Source: Octopus sinensis
Taxonomy: Eukaryota
Reading direction: 5' to 3'
NCBI RefSeq assembly: GCF_006345805.1
Contig: NC_043008.1
Span: 15,438,001-15,502,000, forward strand
DNA length: 64,000 nt
Shown here one piece after another: positions 12,051-26,204 of this stretch (position 1 is the first letter of the stretch; the number at the start of each line of letters is the position of its first letter). Under the pieces are notes generated by a model. The model searched no databases and was not told the origin of the DNA. It worked only from the letters and a program-made list of their open reading frames with translations. The translations under genes were made by a program, and so were the position numbers.

Positions 12051-13330
12051 ATGTATTGCTATGTTTCTTTTAAACGTAAGTGTATCAAAAAGTTGATTTT
12101 GATATTTAAACCAAAAGTTATGGGCAAATAGCTCGAATTACATCTTGGATAGCTAGATTAGTCCTTCTTTCTTTTTTTTCTATTTCTGTAAATTTGCCTT
12201 CAAAAGAAAAGGCATTTCCTGCTGATGTGGATATTGAATCTTTGAATTTCTGAATTCAATTGTGTTGTTGCAATAAAATGTGTGTTTAGGTATTTGGGTA
12301 ATATATTAAAGTTTTTAAGTTTTCTTGAGATGTTCGTTTTTCTGTTCAGTTGGAGAATACAGTAGGACTTTTGCAATTAATAGGATGGTTAAATTTTCGA
12401 ATACTCAAGGAGAGTCAAAAAGAAAAGAAAACAAGTTGCGGATAGCAAAGTTTTAAGATTTACTAAATATGGCCTTTTATACGACCGCACAGAGAGAAAT
12501 GGTAGCGTTCTTAGAATAAATAAGAGGATCGTTTGTGTGTTCGAAAGCTGTAGGTATGTAAGTTTCCTAACATATTTTATTTTTGAGGGAGTGTTAAAAT
12601 ATTCAAAGGAAATTGTAGATATTCCAGTCTTTGGGAATAGTAAGTTGAAGAGATGTTCACCTTGTTGGATTTTGGAATTTTTGAATTTCATTTTCTTTTC
12701 GAATTTTACTTTTCTCTTTAAAAGTTTTGCTGTGGTTTAAAGTTTTTGTAGTTGTGCAGTATGTATATATTGGCAGGTGCTTACTTCCTTAATTTTTTAT
12801 CGTGCATTTAATTGTGTTTTTACAATAAAAAGTATGTTTACATATTCTGTTAGTCAGGGAAGAAGGGAAGACAAAGTGTTCACACAAAATTGGAGATATT
12901 AAAGTTTCTAAATTTTCTGAGGCGTTTCTTTGTACGTCCGTTCAGAGAAAATTTGTGTTTTTTGTTTTTGTCTTTTTTTTTCACAATAAAAAGGATGTTT
13001 ACATTTTCAAATATTCAGGGGAAAAGGAACCAAAAGAAAAGGGAGGTAAAATTATATTCGCAGAAGATTTTTAAAATTTACTGGAGATGATCTTTTGTCT
13101 GTCCGAACAGAAAAAAACTGTAGTGTTCTTGGAATAAAGAGGATGTTTACATTTTCGAATTCTCAGGAGGAAAGGAAAATGATAGGTATTCATAGAAGGT
13201 GTAGATATCAAAGGCTTTAAAGCTGATTGTTTATGTGTTCGAAAGCTGTAGATATGCAAGTTCTTTAACTTATTTTGAGCGAAATTCAAAATACTCTGTC
13301 ATCATCATCATCATTATTATTATTATTATA

Positions 13331-13691
13331 CTTGTTTCAGTCATTTGACTGCAGCCATGCTAGAGCACCGCCTTTAGTCGAGAAAACCGATCACAGGATT
13401 TATTCTTTGTAAGCCTAGTAATTATTCTATCGTTACGGGGACGTAAACACACCAGCATCGGTTGTCAAGGGATTGTGGGGGACAAACACGAACACAAAAA
13501 TAGATGTACACATACACACACACACACATATATATCTATTCACGACGGGCTACTTTCAGCTTCCATCTACCAAATCCACTCTCAAGGCTGTATAGTTGAA
13601 GACACTCGCCCAAGGTGCCACGCTGTAGGACTGAAACCGGAACCATGCGGTTGGATAGCAAGCTACTTACCACACAACCACTCCTGCGCCT
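13331..13691 (-). mobile_element. SINE family A (tRNA-like head, ccttgggc(a/g)ag CORE-like motif, internal microsatellite)
   Basis: Reverse complement of aggcgcaggagtggttgtgtggtaagtagc..gacaaccgatgctggtgtgtttacgtccccgtaac..tgactgaaacaag. Confidence 0.9.
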
Positions 13692-13767
13692 ATTATTATT
13701 ATTATTATTATATTATTATTATTATTATTATTATTTTATTATTATTATTATATTATTATTATCATCA

Positions 13768-13824
<57 letters not shown>

Positions 13825-13841
13825 TATTATTATTATTATCA

Positions 13842-13906
<65 letters not shown>

Positions 13907-14342
13907 CATTATTATTATCATTATTATTATCAACGGTATATTTTCTTTCAATCACTGCAAAGGTGATGATATAATAAATACTCGAAAAATATGGGTTTGC
14001 ATATGCCATTAGTGATATTTCAATCGAATGTATTTTAATTAAAAATGCAGTTCATAAATATCCCATCGGCTGTAATTGATATAATTAGTCAGCACATTTC
14101 TTCTCTCACTTCAAAATTATACATTTGTCAATCTGGCAAAATTCACTATATTCAGAAATTACTTATATACAATTACAGCGTATCCCTCTCATAAACTAAC
14201 GTTAATTTTGCATATATACATGCTCATCAAAATATACTCTGAGAACACATGCATTAGTAGTATTATGAATAAATAAATAAATAAATAAATATATGTATAT
14301 ATGTATATGTATGCGTGTGTAGGTGTTATATATATATACATG

Positions 14343-14386
<44 letters not shown>

Positions 14387-14396
14387 ATATTATATA

Positions 14397-14475
<79 letters not shown>

Positions 14476-14722
14476 CAAACACACACGCAAACTCGGAAAC
14501 CTATGTTTACACACGTGTGGATATATATGAAACTATGTAAGTATGCATATGTTTATATACATGTAACCCACTAACACTCAAACACTAATACATATTAATA
14601 CGGGCCAACATGCATTCATTCATATATATATATTTGTTGTACACACACACAAACAAACACACACATACACTCACATTGTATATATAAACCAAGGTAAAGA
14701 AATATATATATATATATATATA

Positions 14723-15413
14723 TTTACATACATACATTCATACATACACACACAGATGCATGTACACACACAAACGTATGCATATAGATGTACGTATGCA
14801 TCTGTATGCATACATACATACATAGATACGTGCAGTGATATTTATGTGAATATAAATTATATATAATGATAGGAACAATTTAGATAGGTGTATATTACCG
14901 AACTGTAATCGAACTATAAATATATAAATAAACATGATGTTTTATATTTATTTTTACTTCCATTAATTTGTTTATCACGCAAGGAGTCTGTTGGAGACAT
15001 TTAAAATTTAAATTGCATTCGAATGTACACAATTACAAATAGAAAATATAAAGCATATCTCACATTAAATTTGACATCATATGATATAAAATTGAAAAGC
15101 AGAAGATGGGGCATATTGATATTCACCCAGTCATGCTTCCCACGTTATTCAAACTAGTTTATGTATGTGTGATATATATGTAGATATTTATTTATGAATG
15201 TATGTGTTTATGTATAGATGTATGTATCTTTGCTACGTAGGTATGAATATATATACATACACACACATATATATGTAAATGTACTTGTGTGTATATGAAT
15301 ATATATACATACACACACATATATGTATGTATTTGTATATATAAATGTCAGTATAACGAGATATGTATATATATGTCCGTATTAGTATTTTGCGTATACA
15401 TACATACATATGA

Positions 15414-15445
<32 letters not shown>

Positions 15446-16170
15446 TTACATACATACATTCATACATACACACACAGATGCATGTACACACACAAACATA
15501 TGCATATAAATGTACATATGCATCTGTATGCATACATAGATAGATAGATAGATACGTGCAGTGATATTTATGTGAATATAAATTATATATAATGATAGGA
15601 ACAATTTAGATAGGTGTATATTACCGAACTGTAATCGAACTATAAATATATAAATAAACATGATGTTTTATATTTATTTTTACTTCCATTAATTTGTTTA
15701 TCACGCAAGGGAGTCTGTTGGAGACATTTAAAATTTAAATTGCATTCGAATGTACACAATTACAAATAGAAAATATAAAGCATATCTCACATTAAATTTG
15801 ACATCATATGATATAAAATTGAAAAGCAGAAGATGGGGCATATTGATATTCACCCAGTCATGCTTCCCACGTTATTCAAACTAGTTTATGTATGTGTGAA
15901 ATATATGTAGATATTTATTTATGAATGTATGTGTTTATGTATAGATGTATGTATCTTTGCTACGTAGGTATGAATATATATACATACACACACATATATA
16001 TGTAAATGTACTTGTGTGTATATGAATATATATACACACACATATATGTATGTATTTGTATATATAAATGCCAGTATAACGAGATATGTATATATATGTC
16101 CGTATTAGTATTTTGCGTATACATACATACATATGAATATATATATATATATATATAATATATATATATA
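14723..16170. repeat. Near-identical ~722-bp tandem direct duplication
   Basis: Copy 1 starts ~14723 and copy 2 ~15445. Unique sequence (e.g. gagtctgttggagacatttaaaatttaaattgcattcgaatg) is repeated with only a few substitutions or indels; breakpoints lie in (TA)n. Confidence 0.95.
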
Positions 16171-16173
16171 TTT

Positions 16174-16223
<50 letters not shown>

Positions 16224-16266
16224 ACATATATATATATATATATATGTACATATATATACATACATT

Positions 16267-16341
<75 letters not shown>

Positions 16342-16757
16342 TATATTATATGTACAGTTATATATTTGTGGGTATATCATGAGCGTACGTAGATTTCTGT
16401 CTGCAAATATATGCGTATAAATTAGATGTCTTGTTGATTTTCATCATTTCAGGTGCTATTTTTAATTTGACTTTCTCATATTTGGTTTTGCTGTTACTGA
16501 GTTACAAAGTCAAATAAAAAAAAGAATTAAAAAAACCAAAGAAACGTTGCTAATTATAGATATAATTAGAATATACGTTGTTTTTTCCATTCCTGCCAAA
16601 TCAAAAAAAAATATATTGTTAAGGCTGATCATGAGTAAAATATTCTCTAAATATATATAGTTAAACACCCCTACCTGCATATACATTTATACATATGTAT
16701 ATGTATGTATCTTTATCTCTCTCTCTTTGTCAGTCTTTCAGTCTGTCTCTGTCTCTG

Positions 16758-16811
<54 letters not shown>

Positions 16812-17049
16812 CATATATTTATTTATTTATATGTGTGTGTTTGTAATCTTTTGCAAAATATACTCGGCACAGTCAAATTATTCGAAGAAAGATTTTCATA
16901 AACCAAAAATTATGAACTACTTAAAACGTCTTGGAAAACCAGAGTAGCACGAACGTTTTAGACGGAAGTTTTCGTATTGCGTGTAATGGCTTTCCTTTTG
17001 TTTTTCATATACACGTATTAATGGAGTAATTCTTTTACGGAAAGTTATT

Positions 17050-17340
17050 TTGAGTGGCAGTGTTGAATATTTTCAGTTTACTTTTCGAATTTATTAATCT
17101 TATAAAATATTTTTCTCTTATATTTTGTCTTTGGACATTTAATTCCTTTGTTTTTGGAAGAGAAAATATTCTTAATTTTCCATTTGCATAAGTGTAATCA
17201 TATTCGTTACATAGATATACTTTATAAGAAATGGATTTAGTTTGATACTCTTTGGCCAACATTCCTCATTGCACTAATGAAATGTGATGAACAAACTTAT
17301 AGTTCTTGCTTTGCAACTCTTTGCATTAGCTCTCAATTCT
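17050..17340 (-). mobile_element. Highly decayed Penelope-like GIY-YIG C-terminal remnant
   Basis: Minus strand: CKART..IT..CNEE-(Y)VGQ (frameshifted), then ANGKLRIFSLPKTKELNVQRQNIREKYFIRLINSK, resembling the PLE EN tail (..GKFxIFPF..R..KEKYFI..F.PKLN). Confidence 0.5.
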
Positions 17341-17419
17341 TTCCTATTCTTCAAAATCTCTCTCTCTCTCTCTATTTATCTATCTACATATCTATCTATC
17401 TGTCTGTCTATCAGCAACA

Positions 17420-18030
17420 CGACCTCGATGCTGGTGACCTCTGCCTGTCATTCCAGTGGATGTTGAGGGTGACGTGGAGACAGCACTGGTATCACTTCAC
17501 AAGAGTTCCAGAACCGATTCGAACAATGGATAAAATAAATTGCAAAATTACAGTTTCTTTTGGGTACCACCTCGTATAAAAGAAAACACGAGCTCTTCGT
17601 TCTATGCCGGGTGCATGGTTCATGACACCCAAAATGCAATTATCATCCCCCTGTACAAGAACAAAGAGGAAACATCAGACTACTCTAATTCTTGGAGATT
17701 ACTCAAACCTGCATCACAGGAAAACTCTCCGCAAGATTCTGCTGAACTGAGTGGTGTCAACCATTGCTGAAGAACATCTTCCAGAACTACTGCGGCCCCA
17801 GAATCAACATTAGCGACACAGACGTAGTTTTTGTTAGCAAGCAGTTCAAATAGAATTGGCTGAAGGAAGACAAAGGGATGTATGTAACGTTCGTTGACCT
17901 GACGACATCATTCCACATACATGCATCCATACATACATATATACATACGTACGTATATGCGTGTGTGTGTGTGTGTGTGTGTATCTATGTACAGCCCTTA
18001 CCCAATCTTTTCGGTGCAATGCTAATTTCA
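17420..18030 (+). mobile_element. RTE-clade LINE reverse transcriptase fragment, interrupted by a microsatellite
   Basis: NAIIIPLYKNKEETSDYSN..GK..STIAEEHLPE..CG..DTDVVFV..DKGMYVTFVDLTTSF, matching RTE RT (IIxLYKNKG..DC.NYRGI..IAEEHLPESQCGFR..YVTFVDLTKAFD). Confidence 0.85.
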
Positions 18031-18124
18031 ACTGTCCAAATATGTCTTTTTATTTTACATCGATATTCATATTTAGGATGATAAACTACAATTGTATCTT
18101 ATACAAAAATGCAAAATAAAGAAA

Positions 18125-18205
18125 TTATGTATGTATGTATGCATGTATGTATGTATGTATGTATGTATGTATGTATATGTGTATGTATGTATGTATGTAT
18201 GTATG

Positions 18206-18272
<67 letters not shown>
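18125..18272. repeat. (TATG)n-(TATC)n compound array
   Basis: Direct reading. Confidence 0.95.
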
Positions 18273-19319
18273 ATAGTTCAAATTCTTGGGGAGAAAGCAT
18301 TATATCGTCAATAAAGAAGGGTAGAATTAATTAATTATTAACAATTAATATTACCCTATTTTTATAAATTTTACTTTATTTTACTTTATCCTATTTTTAT
18401 AAGTTATTTTACTTTACCCTATCTATCTATCTATCTATCTATATATATATATATACATTTGGCTCTACACATCTGCTGAAATTCTTATTGAATTAACGTT
18501 TTTGCTTCTGTATATATAAATATGCTTGCAAAATTGCGTTTACGTGTGTGCGTGCATGCGGTTAGCCTTAACATATTATATAGAAAGAATATAAGGCATT
18601 CTATAACATTGCTGAAACCTGATTGAAATACACTCCATTATTACCAATTAAGTTCAAGTCCTAGGAAAGTCATCGAGCTATGATTGTAAAGTTTATCGAA
18701 TACGAACCGATATCACTAATGGCATTGATCAGCTAATGGTTTCTATCGGCTAGTATAATTGATTGACTCCGCCATTAACTCTCTCTGGCAATTTATGATC
18801 TTTCGATTGTCGTTATTTTTACCATTTTTACAAGTGACCGATTTCTAGTCTGGGTATTTGCAGTAAACGCACAACGTATTTTACTCCCGAGTCCATTATT
18901 AACTAAATTTATACAAATTTACCTTACACAAGCTAGACATTTCAAACGACATAATAACTTTTTAACAACTTTAAAACACTTCACTAGACTTTTTCACTTG
19001 TATTACTTCTATTAGTTTTACATTAATCAATACAATCATTTTGGTTATCTGTTGAGATAGCCGTAGTTTAGATGTTAAAGTGTGATTGTAAGATTGAATT
19101 ACCCAACAAATTTAGGAAAAAATGACTTAATAAATGTTAGTTTTGTAAGACAGAATTCTCTACATTCGTTAAGCTAATATTTAAAATATTGGATTCCGAA
19201 ACAGTTGTATCTGGAGTGTGAATGTCTGAAATATGAAATAAGGTTTCGATATTCAATAGACAGTAAATTTCACTGTGATTTTTGATGAATGTTTACAAAC
19301 AAATATTTTATCGATATTT

Positions 19320-19485
19320 ATGTATGTATGTATGTATGTATGTATGTATGTATGTATGTATGTATGTATGTATGTATGTATGTATGTATGTATGTATGTA
19401 TGTATGTATGTATGTATGTATGTATGTATGTATGTATGCGTGAATGTATGTATATGTGTATGTATGTATGTATGTATGTTTGTAT
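19320..19485. repeat. (TATG)n array
   Basis: Direct reading. Confidence 0.95.
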
Positions 19486-19504
19486 GTGTATTCCATTAAT
19501 GCGC

Positions 19505-20070
19505 ACAATCCTGGGCTAGCCAACATCTTTCACACCATAAAATGAAACCTACCTATACTTCTACAAAACTCAAAATTGAAAAGCTCGGATTGATAAAAAC
19601 CCCTTGAAAAACAGTAACGCCAACCAAAACTCTCGAAAATCACCTCAGAAGATCAAAATTCACATCAAAGAATGAATCAGAATTCTTTGGAAAAGAATGT
19701 GGAAATAGTAGATATAGAATATGCAGCAAAAATAACAAAAATATGGTTTCCACATAAAATTTCACGGCGGATTCTCGTTCAAATTAAATGCAGGTCTGAG
19801 CTGCACGACGTAGAATTTCATATACTGCACTACTTGCCTCAACTGCAAGGAAAATTACTTTGGAGAAACAAACAATTTCCTCTGCTAACGCGCAAGAATC
19901 CACAGACAACACACCGGATAACAGGAATTGGGCGAGATTCCACTGAGAAAACATCTAGAAATATGCGGTGAAGTAGTGTTAAAAATCTGTCTCTTCAAGA
20001 GATAACCCAAAATTCCGAAAAGCAATAGAGCTACACGTCAAAAAATTTCTGTCCAAAATTAAAGTTTGAA
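19505..20070 (+). mobile_element. Penelope-like element GIY-YIG endonuclease remnant
   Basis: FKLNAGLSCTT*NFIYCTTCLNCKENYFGETNNFLC*RARIHRQ..EIPLRKHLEICG, i.e. C..NxIY..C..C..NYxGxT..R...H GIY-YIG pattern with in-frame stops. Confidence 0.85.
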
Positions 20071-20167
20071 AGATAAGCAAATGAACTACATTTTCATGAT
20101 CAAATTTTTAATACTAATGATGAAGGATGAAGAGAAAACATTTATGTAACAATATTACTGTTGTTTC

Positions 20168-20385
20168 AAGGCGGCGAGCTGACAGGAACGTTAGCACGCC
20201 GGACGAAATGCCAAACGGTATTTCGTATTTCTTTACGTTCTGAGTTCAAATTCCGCCGAGGTCGACTTTGCCTTTCATTCTTTCGGAGTCGATTAAATTA
20301 AGTAGTACTTGCGTACTGCGGTCGATCTAATCGACTGGCTCCTTCCTCAAAAATTTCGGGCCTTGTGTCTAGAGTAGAAAAGAAT
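20168..20385 (+). mobile_element. SINE family B monomer, full length
   Basis: aaggcggcgagctgacaggaacgttagc..gttctgagttcaaattccgccgaggtcgac..ccttgtgtctagagtagaaaagaat. Confidence 0.9.
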
Positions 20386-21283
20386 ATTCCTGTTGTTTCT
20401 GAATGTGGTTCAAATGTTAATAACGTGATATTCATGTCTATAAATTATCAGATATATATATATACATACATATATATATATATAAATATATATAAACATC
20501 GGAATTTTGGCAACTGTTGTTCTTAGAGAATCTTACATATGCCCGAGTAAGAATACTAGAACCATTTTACCCCTGATTAGGAAATATATCTAATGTAGTT
20601 ACTTGGCAAAGTAATTCGTGAAAAGGATCTCTTTTAAATTATCTTATCGAAATAAGCAAGAAAAATAAAAATAAATCCTACAAAAGGCTGAAACCTACTC
20701 AATAAAATACATTTAAGCAGGACCTGCTTTATTATTTTATTTATATACTTCAGAGTGGCTTCCAGCTGAATGTACAATATACATACAAAGCTCATTCATG
20801 ATGTTTCATTAAATGTACATAGAGAATAGATTGAATTATAAACAATATCAAATTATGTTTTTATATTCTGATTTTATTTTCGTTATTTATGAATATTGAA
20901 CTAATATTTAATGGTTGTTCATGCAAAACATGGAATTACATAGTATATGGGACATGACTATACAATATAAAGGAATATACATTTTTATTGGTCTTTGAAC
21001 TTTGAAGCAATTTTTTATCTTTCAGTGATGACCGCATCCTCCCCTCCTCTCTTACCTCCTAAAATTGGCATCTATGAAAGGTCACCAGCCCTTATGGGAA
21101 AATATTTTTATTTACAAATATGTTGATAAGTAAACAATGAAAGGAAAAAAAGAAAGGGGAAAAAATTCTTTATAATGAAATTTCAATGAATTTGCCACAT
21201 CAAATTGAATGAATACCTCCGCTTTCTCTCTCTCTCTCACTTTCTATCTGTCTCTATCTATCCGGCTGTCTGTCAGTCTGTCA

Positions 21284-21362
<79 letters not shown>

Positions 21363-22675
21363 GATCTGTCTATCTATCCGTTCTCCTTTCCCCATCCTTT
21401 ATACTTTTCTCCTCTTTCTAGATTGTTTTGACTCCTCTGTCTCTGACAATTCCCCTCCCCACCCACGCCTTTGCTTTTCTTTCTCTCTCTCCCCCTTTCT
21501 CTAATACAACAAAAACAAAAGCAATATTCTTCTTTACTAAACAAAGCAAAAAAGTATCCCAACAACGAAACGTTCTGTTGTTACAATTTTGATTTTGATT
21601 ATGTCTTGAGTTCGAAAAACGAACGAAAGCGATAATAAAGAATTATCAAGAATTCTGACTACCTTTTTTTCTCAATATACAAGTCTGCTATTAAGTTTGC
21701 ATTGTAGTTAATTAATTTTAACGTGCATAATTGCAATTAAATCATTTCAAGATTATGTATTCCAAAATATCTATACGTTAAAGTGCTAAAATACTCCAAA
21801 TTACATAATTACAACACTTATTATAGATATTTGTTGTGTGTAATAGTTTGCACTCTTACATTGCAATGATTATCTTGAATAAGAGAAACCGGTTTGGGAA
21901 TATCCTGCTTAAGTGAAACTTGTTTGTGAAATTGCTTCCTGCTAAATTATATATTCTTGTAAGTATATAATTTAATATGTTTATTAACGAGTGTATATTC
22001 ATGCTTAATATACAGTGATAACCTACTTCTCAGTCAAAACTTTGCTTTGCTACCCTTTTTCTTGAAGGTCATAATTTCGTCTGGATAGCTCAGCATTATT
22101 ACAGCAACTGCGGGGATTCTTTTGAATTCCAATTTATATAAAACATCTTCCTTGTATTTTTATGCATAAATTTAGACGGCTTCCTAACATTGTTTCGTTG
22201 TGTTACAGAATTTTATGATAATGAGCGAGACATAGGACTTGAAATGAAACGATAAATTAATTTATTCTGGTTTTATATCACAATAAGATCAAAACGATGT
22301 CTTCATATGTGAACAGATTTCATATCAAGCAATTGTCATTCCTTCATGCTTTCTCATCGTCCAATATCTCTTTGAAATTCTGACATTCCCTTTGCTGATC
22401 ATCTTTTACGTTTTGTTGTCACGTTTTGTTGTCACATCTATGATGTGTATAATAATTTTGTTTCCCATTTTAACTCTTTGTAGATATTATCCGTCTCTTT
22501 GATAGACCAGCTACGCTGTACATTTCTGTTAAGTCCAGTTTATTCTTATCCGCTGGTCTTAATCTTTTTTCTTATTTGCTGTCTTATAAGACCATCGTCT
22601 TTTACCTGTGTCGTCATAGTCTTTGTGTTGTTGCTTCAAATCCTTGGATTTGTTCAATAGTGAAGAAAAGAAAAT

Positions 22676-23056
22676 AGGCGCATGCGTGGCTGTGTGGTGA
22701 GAAGCTTGTTTCCCAGCAACATGGTCCCGGGTTCAGTCCCTCTGCGTGGAACCTTGGGCGAGCGTCGTCTACTATAGCCTCAGGCCGACTAAAGCCTTGC
22801 GATTGGATTTGTTAGGCTAAAACTGAAAAATACAAATCGTATATATATATATATTTATATATATATATATGTGTGTGTGTGTGTATGTTTGTGTGTCTGT
22901 GTTTGACTCCTATCATCGTTTGACAACCGATAATGGTGTGTTTACATCCCCGTAACTTAGCGGCTCGGTAAAAGACAGCAATATAATAAAAGACTAGGCT
23001 TACAAACAATAAGTCCTGGGGTCCATTTCTTCGACTAAAAAACCCTTTAAGGTGCT
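22676..23056 (+). mobile_element. SINE family A copy, diverged
   Basis: ggctgtgtggtgagaagc..gggttcagtccc..accttgggcgag..gacaaccgat..aagtcctggggtc. Confidence 0.85.
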
Positions 23057-23214
23057 GAAACTAGTAAACGAAGAAAAAAATAAAAGAATTATAATATGAA
23101 GTTACACTAAATTTATAAAATTCTGATGACGTCCATATTATATATACATATATATATATATATATATACACACGCGCACACATATATATATGTATATATA
23201 TATATATATATATG

Positions 23215-23322
<108 letters not shown>

Positions 23323-24024
23323 CATATACACTCAGACGCACACATATATACAGGTGACAGGTTTCTCTCGCCTGTCTAGAGTTATTGCAAGTACAGTAGG
23401 ATGCTGAAGTCCTGCTTAGAATAATTATAAATAAATAAGATAGGTCTTATGAAAATTGATGGTTTGGTATGGAAATTAGTTACACTTGATTATTCTTGGG
23501 CAGTTACGGAGTTGAGGTCAGTAAGTCAGAAGGACAATCATTTATTTTTACGTAGATATATCATGATTGAAGAGAAGACGCACTCAAAGTATAATGGTTT
23601 ACCTTAATCACTGGTCAGCCGATTTATAGTTTTACTCTGCCCGCGTGTCTAATTGTCGAATGATTTCCATCAACGAACTTTCAAGCTCCACCACTCCCCA
23701 TTTTAATCTTCCTAATTCTCTCTTCGTTAATAGTCTTTCTCCCACTCCGTATATATATCTTATTTTGTGTACGTGTGTTTGTGTGTCTGCGTGCGTATAT
23801 ATATATAAATATATATATAAAGTTAATCCAAGCAAGAAAACAAAAAGACGACAACGCAAGGATGTGGAACAAATAAAGTATTATTGGACGCTCAGGGAAG
23901 AAGGGAAGAAGGAGGGTTTGACGTTTCGAGCGGAGCTCTTTGTCGGAAACATAGGAGAAGGAAAGATCCCGAGACGGGAGGACAGAGGAAAAAAAATCGC
24001 CGGTGGTATTCACGAGGTCACATG

Positions 24025-24058
<34 letters not shown>

Positions 24059-24306
24059 TACATACATACATACATACATACATAGCCGACAACTGATGAA
24101 GGGTCGTTCTTTGTGTTGTTTGACTTGTTTTCCATTTGTTTCTTTCGCTGTTCGCACAAAATGTTCATATTCCATGTCCTCGTACTTCGTATTTTTAGTT
24201 GTTTACGTTTTGTGACGTCCTGTGCCCACATATGCATATGTATATACGTATACATGTAAGTATGTACGTTTAGGTATGCATATATGCATATATATATATA
24301 TATATT

Positions 24307-24354
<48 letters not shown>

Positions 24355-24359
24355 TATAT

Positions 24360-24560
24360 ATGTGTGTGTCTAGATTGTTAGCCATAACACACATTTTTTT
24401 CTCTCCTTGTTTTTTCTGTGTCCCTTTCTGTAGAAGAGCGTAGGCCTGAAACGTAAAATACTTTTTTCTATTCCTGAGCGTTATACTAATACATCTGTTT
24501 GTTTTTGTACACCACCTGTCTTCGACTTTAGTTTTTTTCGTAAACTCTCCCTAATATATA
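24360..24560 (+). mobile_element. Short dispersed repeat carrying a hammerhead-like motif (possible PLE terminal repeat)
   Basis: ctttCTGTAGA-a-GAGCgtagGCct-GAAAC-GTA-aaat at 24424-24459; a related motif lies at 56682-56715. Confidence 0.4.
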
Positions 24561-24619
24561 GCAAATAAACCATGCTCAATAGGAACAGACACGTCAATTA
24601 TATAATATACTATAGAAAC

Positions 24620-25020
24620 AAGGCTAGCTAGCTGGCAGGAACGTTAACATGCCGGGCGAAATGCTTAGCGGTATTTCGTCTGTCATTATGTTCTGAGTTC
24701 AAATTCCGCCGAGGTCGACTTTGCCTTTCATTCTTTCGGGGTCGATAAATTAAGTACCAGTTACACACTGGGGTCGATGTAATCGACTTAAATCGTTTGT
24801 CTGTCCTTGTTTGTCCCCACTGTGTTTAGCCCCTTGTGGGCAGTAAAGAAATAGGTATTTAGTCTGTCTTTACGCTCTGAATTCTAATTCCGCCGAGATC
24901 AACTTTGCCTTTCATTCTTTTGGCGTCGATAAATTAAGTACCAGATGCATACTGGGGTCGATTCAAACGACTGGCCCACTCCTCCAAAATTTCGAACCTT
25001 GTGACTAGATAGAAAAGAAT
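24620..25020 (+). mobile_element. SINE family B dimer: head + 184-bp module (24672-24855) + terminal unit
   Basis: Same architecture and junctions as 6095-6490. Confidence 0.9.
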
Positions 25021-25944
25021 ATAGTACAGAAACCTAACGCTCTCTCCTGAAAGAATGACGGAATATACCGATAAATAAGTCATCAAATATACCATAGGTT
25101 GCAACAACCTTACCAATAGTCTAAAAGTTGCTAATACAGAGTGGTTCGAAAGTCATAAATGGGTCTGAAACTTTCATAAATTTGTTCGCTACATTTTTTA
25201 CTGTTATTTACAAGATGCAATTTTCCACACCTAACGTACATCTATTTCCTATATACATACTGTATATGGTGCTAAGGTATCGTAAATTTAAAACAGAACA
25301 TAAATGAATTATCAACACTGTCGAGACTTTCCAGTTAGCCTTTAAGATTATGCTTCCTACTCAGATAAACAAAATAAATAATTAAGTACTTCTGTCCGCC
25401 AATGTACTCTACAAATATATTGGTGCTGACATGGAGACTGTAAACTTTATGTCTGAGGCTGCTACGTTTTATACACAAAGTATGAAACTGTCGCTTCAGT
25501 TGATCAATAAATTCACAATAAAAAAAACCTGTCACTATATCGCATTCACACGTTTGCCAATTGGACCATCCTATTACACTATCGAGGTCACTAAGTCTTA
25601 TTCTGGAGATGATATCTGCCTCACAGAACTCTAACAATTTTGTGGTTATCTAACAAAATCTTTGAAAATACTCGGACATTTGGACTGTGGCCAATTATTG
25701 CAAAGATTTTAAAACTGTGGCAGAAAAGATAAATTTGTCTGCTTACAATATGCTTAATTAAACGACCAGACGTTTACTTGTGGAATGCATTCGCACGTAG
25801 TTCTGCTTCATAACGATTCGATTTGGTTAAACAATTGCGGCAAAGGCAACACATTGGCCGATGGAAAAGTTAGCGAATTTTTTGCTCTTATATGAGTAAT
25901 GTCTTTCTTCAGAAAACCTACTTTTTGTCAACCGTTTCAGTTAG

Positions 25945-26136
25945 GGTAGATAAGGGGGCGGGAGGTAAGTCTATCACATCGTCCCCATTCATTAACTGGT
26001 ACTTATCTTACCTACACCGATGGGACGAAAGGCAAAGTCGGCCACAGAGGAATTTGAACTCTGAACGTAAAGTCGGACGAAGTATCACTAAGCATCTTGT
26101 CCGGCGTGTTAACGATTCAGCCAGATCATCGTCTTC
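25945..26136 (-). mobile_element. SINE family B copy, diverged
   Basis: actggtacttat..gaaaggcaaagtcggcc..aatttgaactctgaacgtaaag..ccggcgtgttaacgattc. Confidence 0.75.
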
Positions 26137-26204
26137 ATGTACAACTAAATACTAATAGTCAATGTAAGATATTAATATTCAAAAGTAAACAAATGTTAAA
26201 ACAA

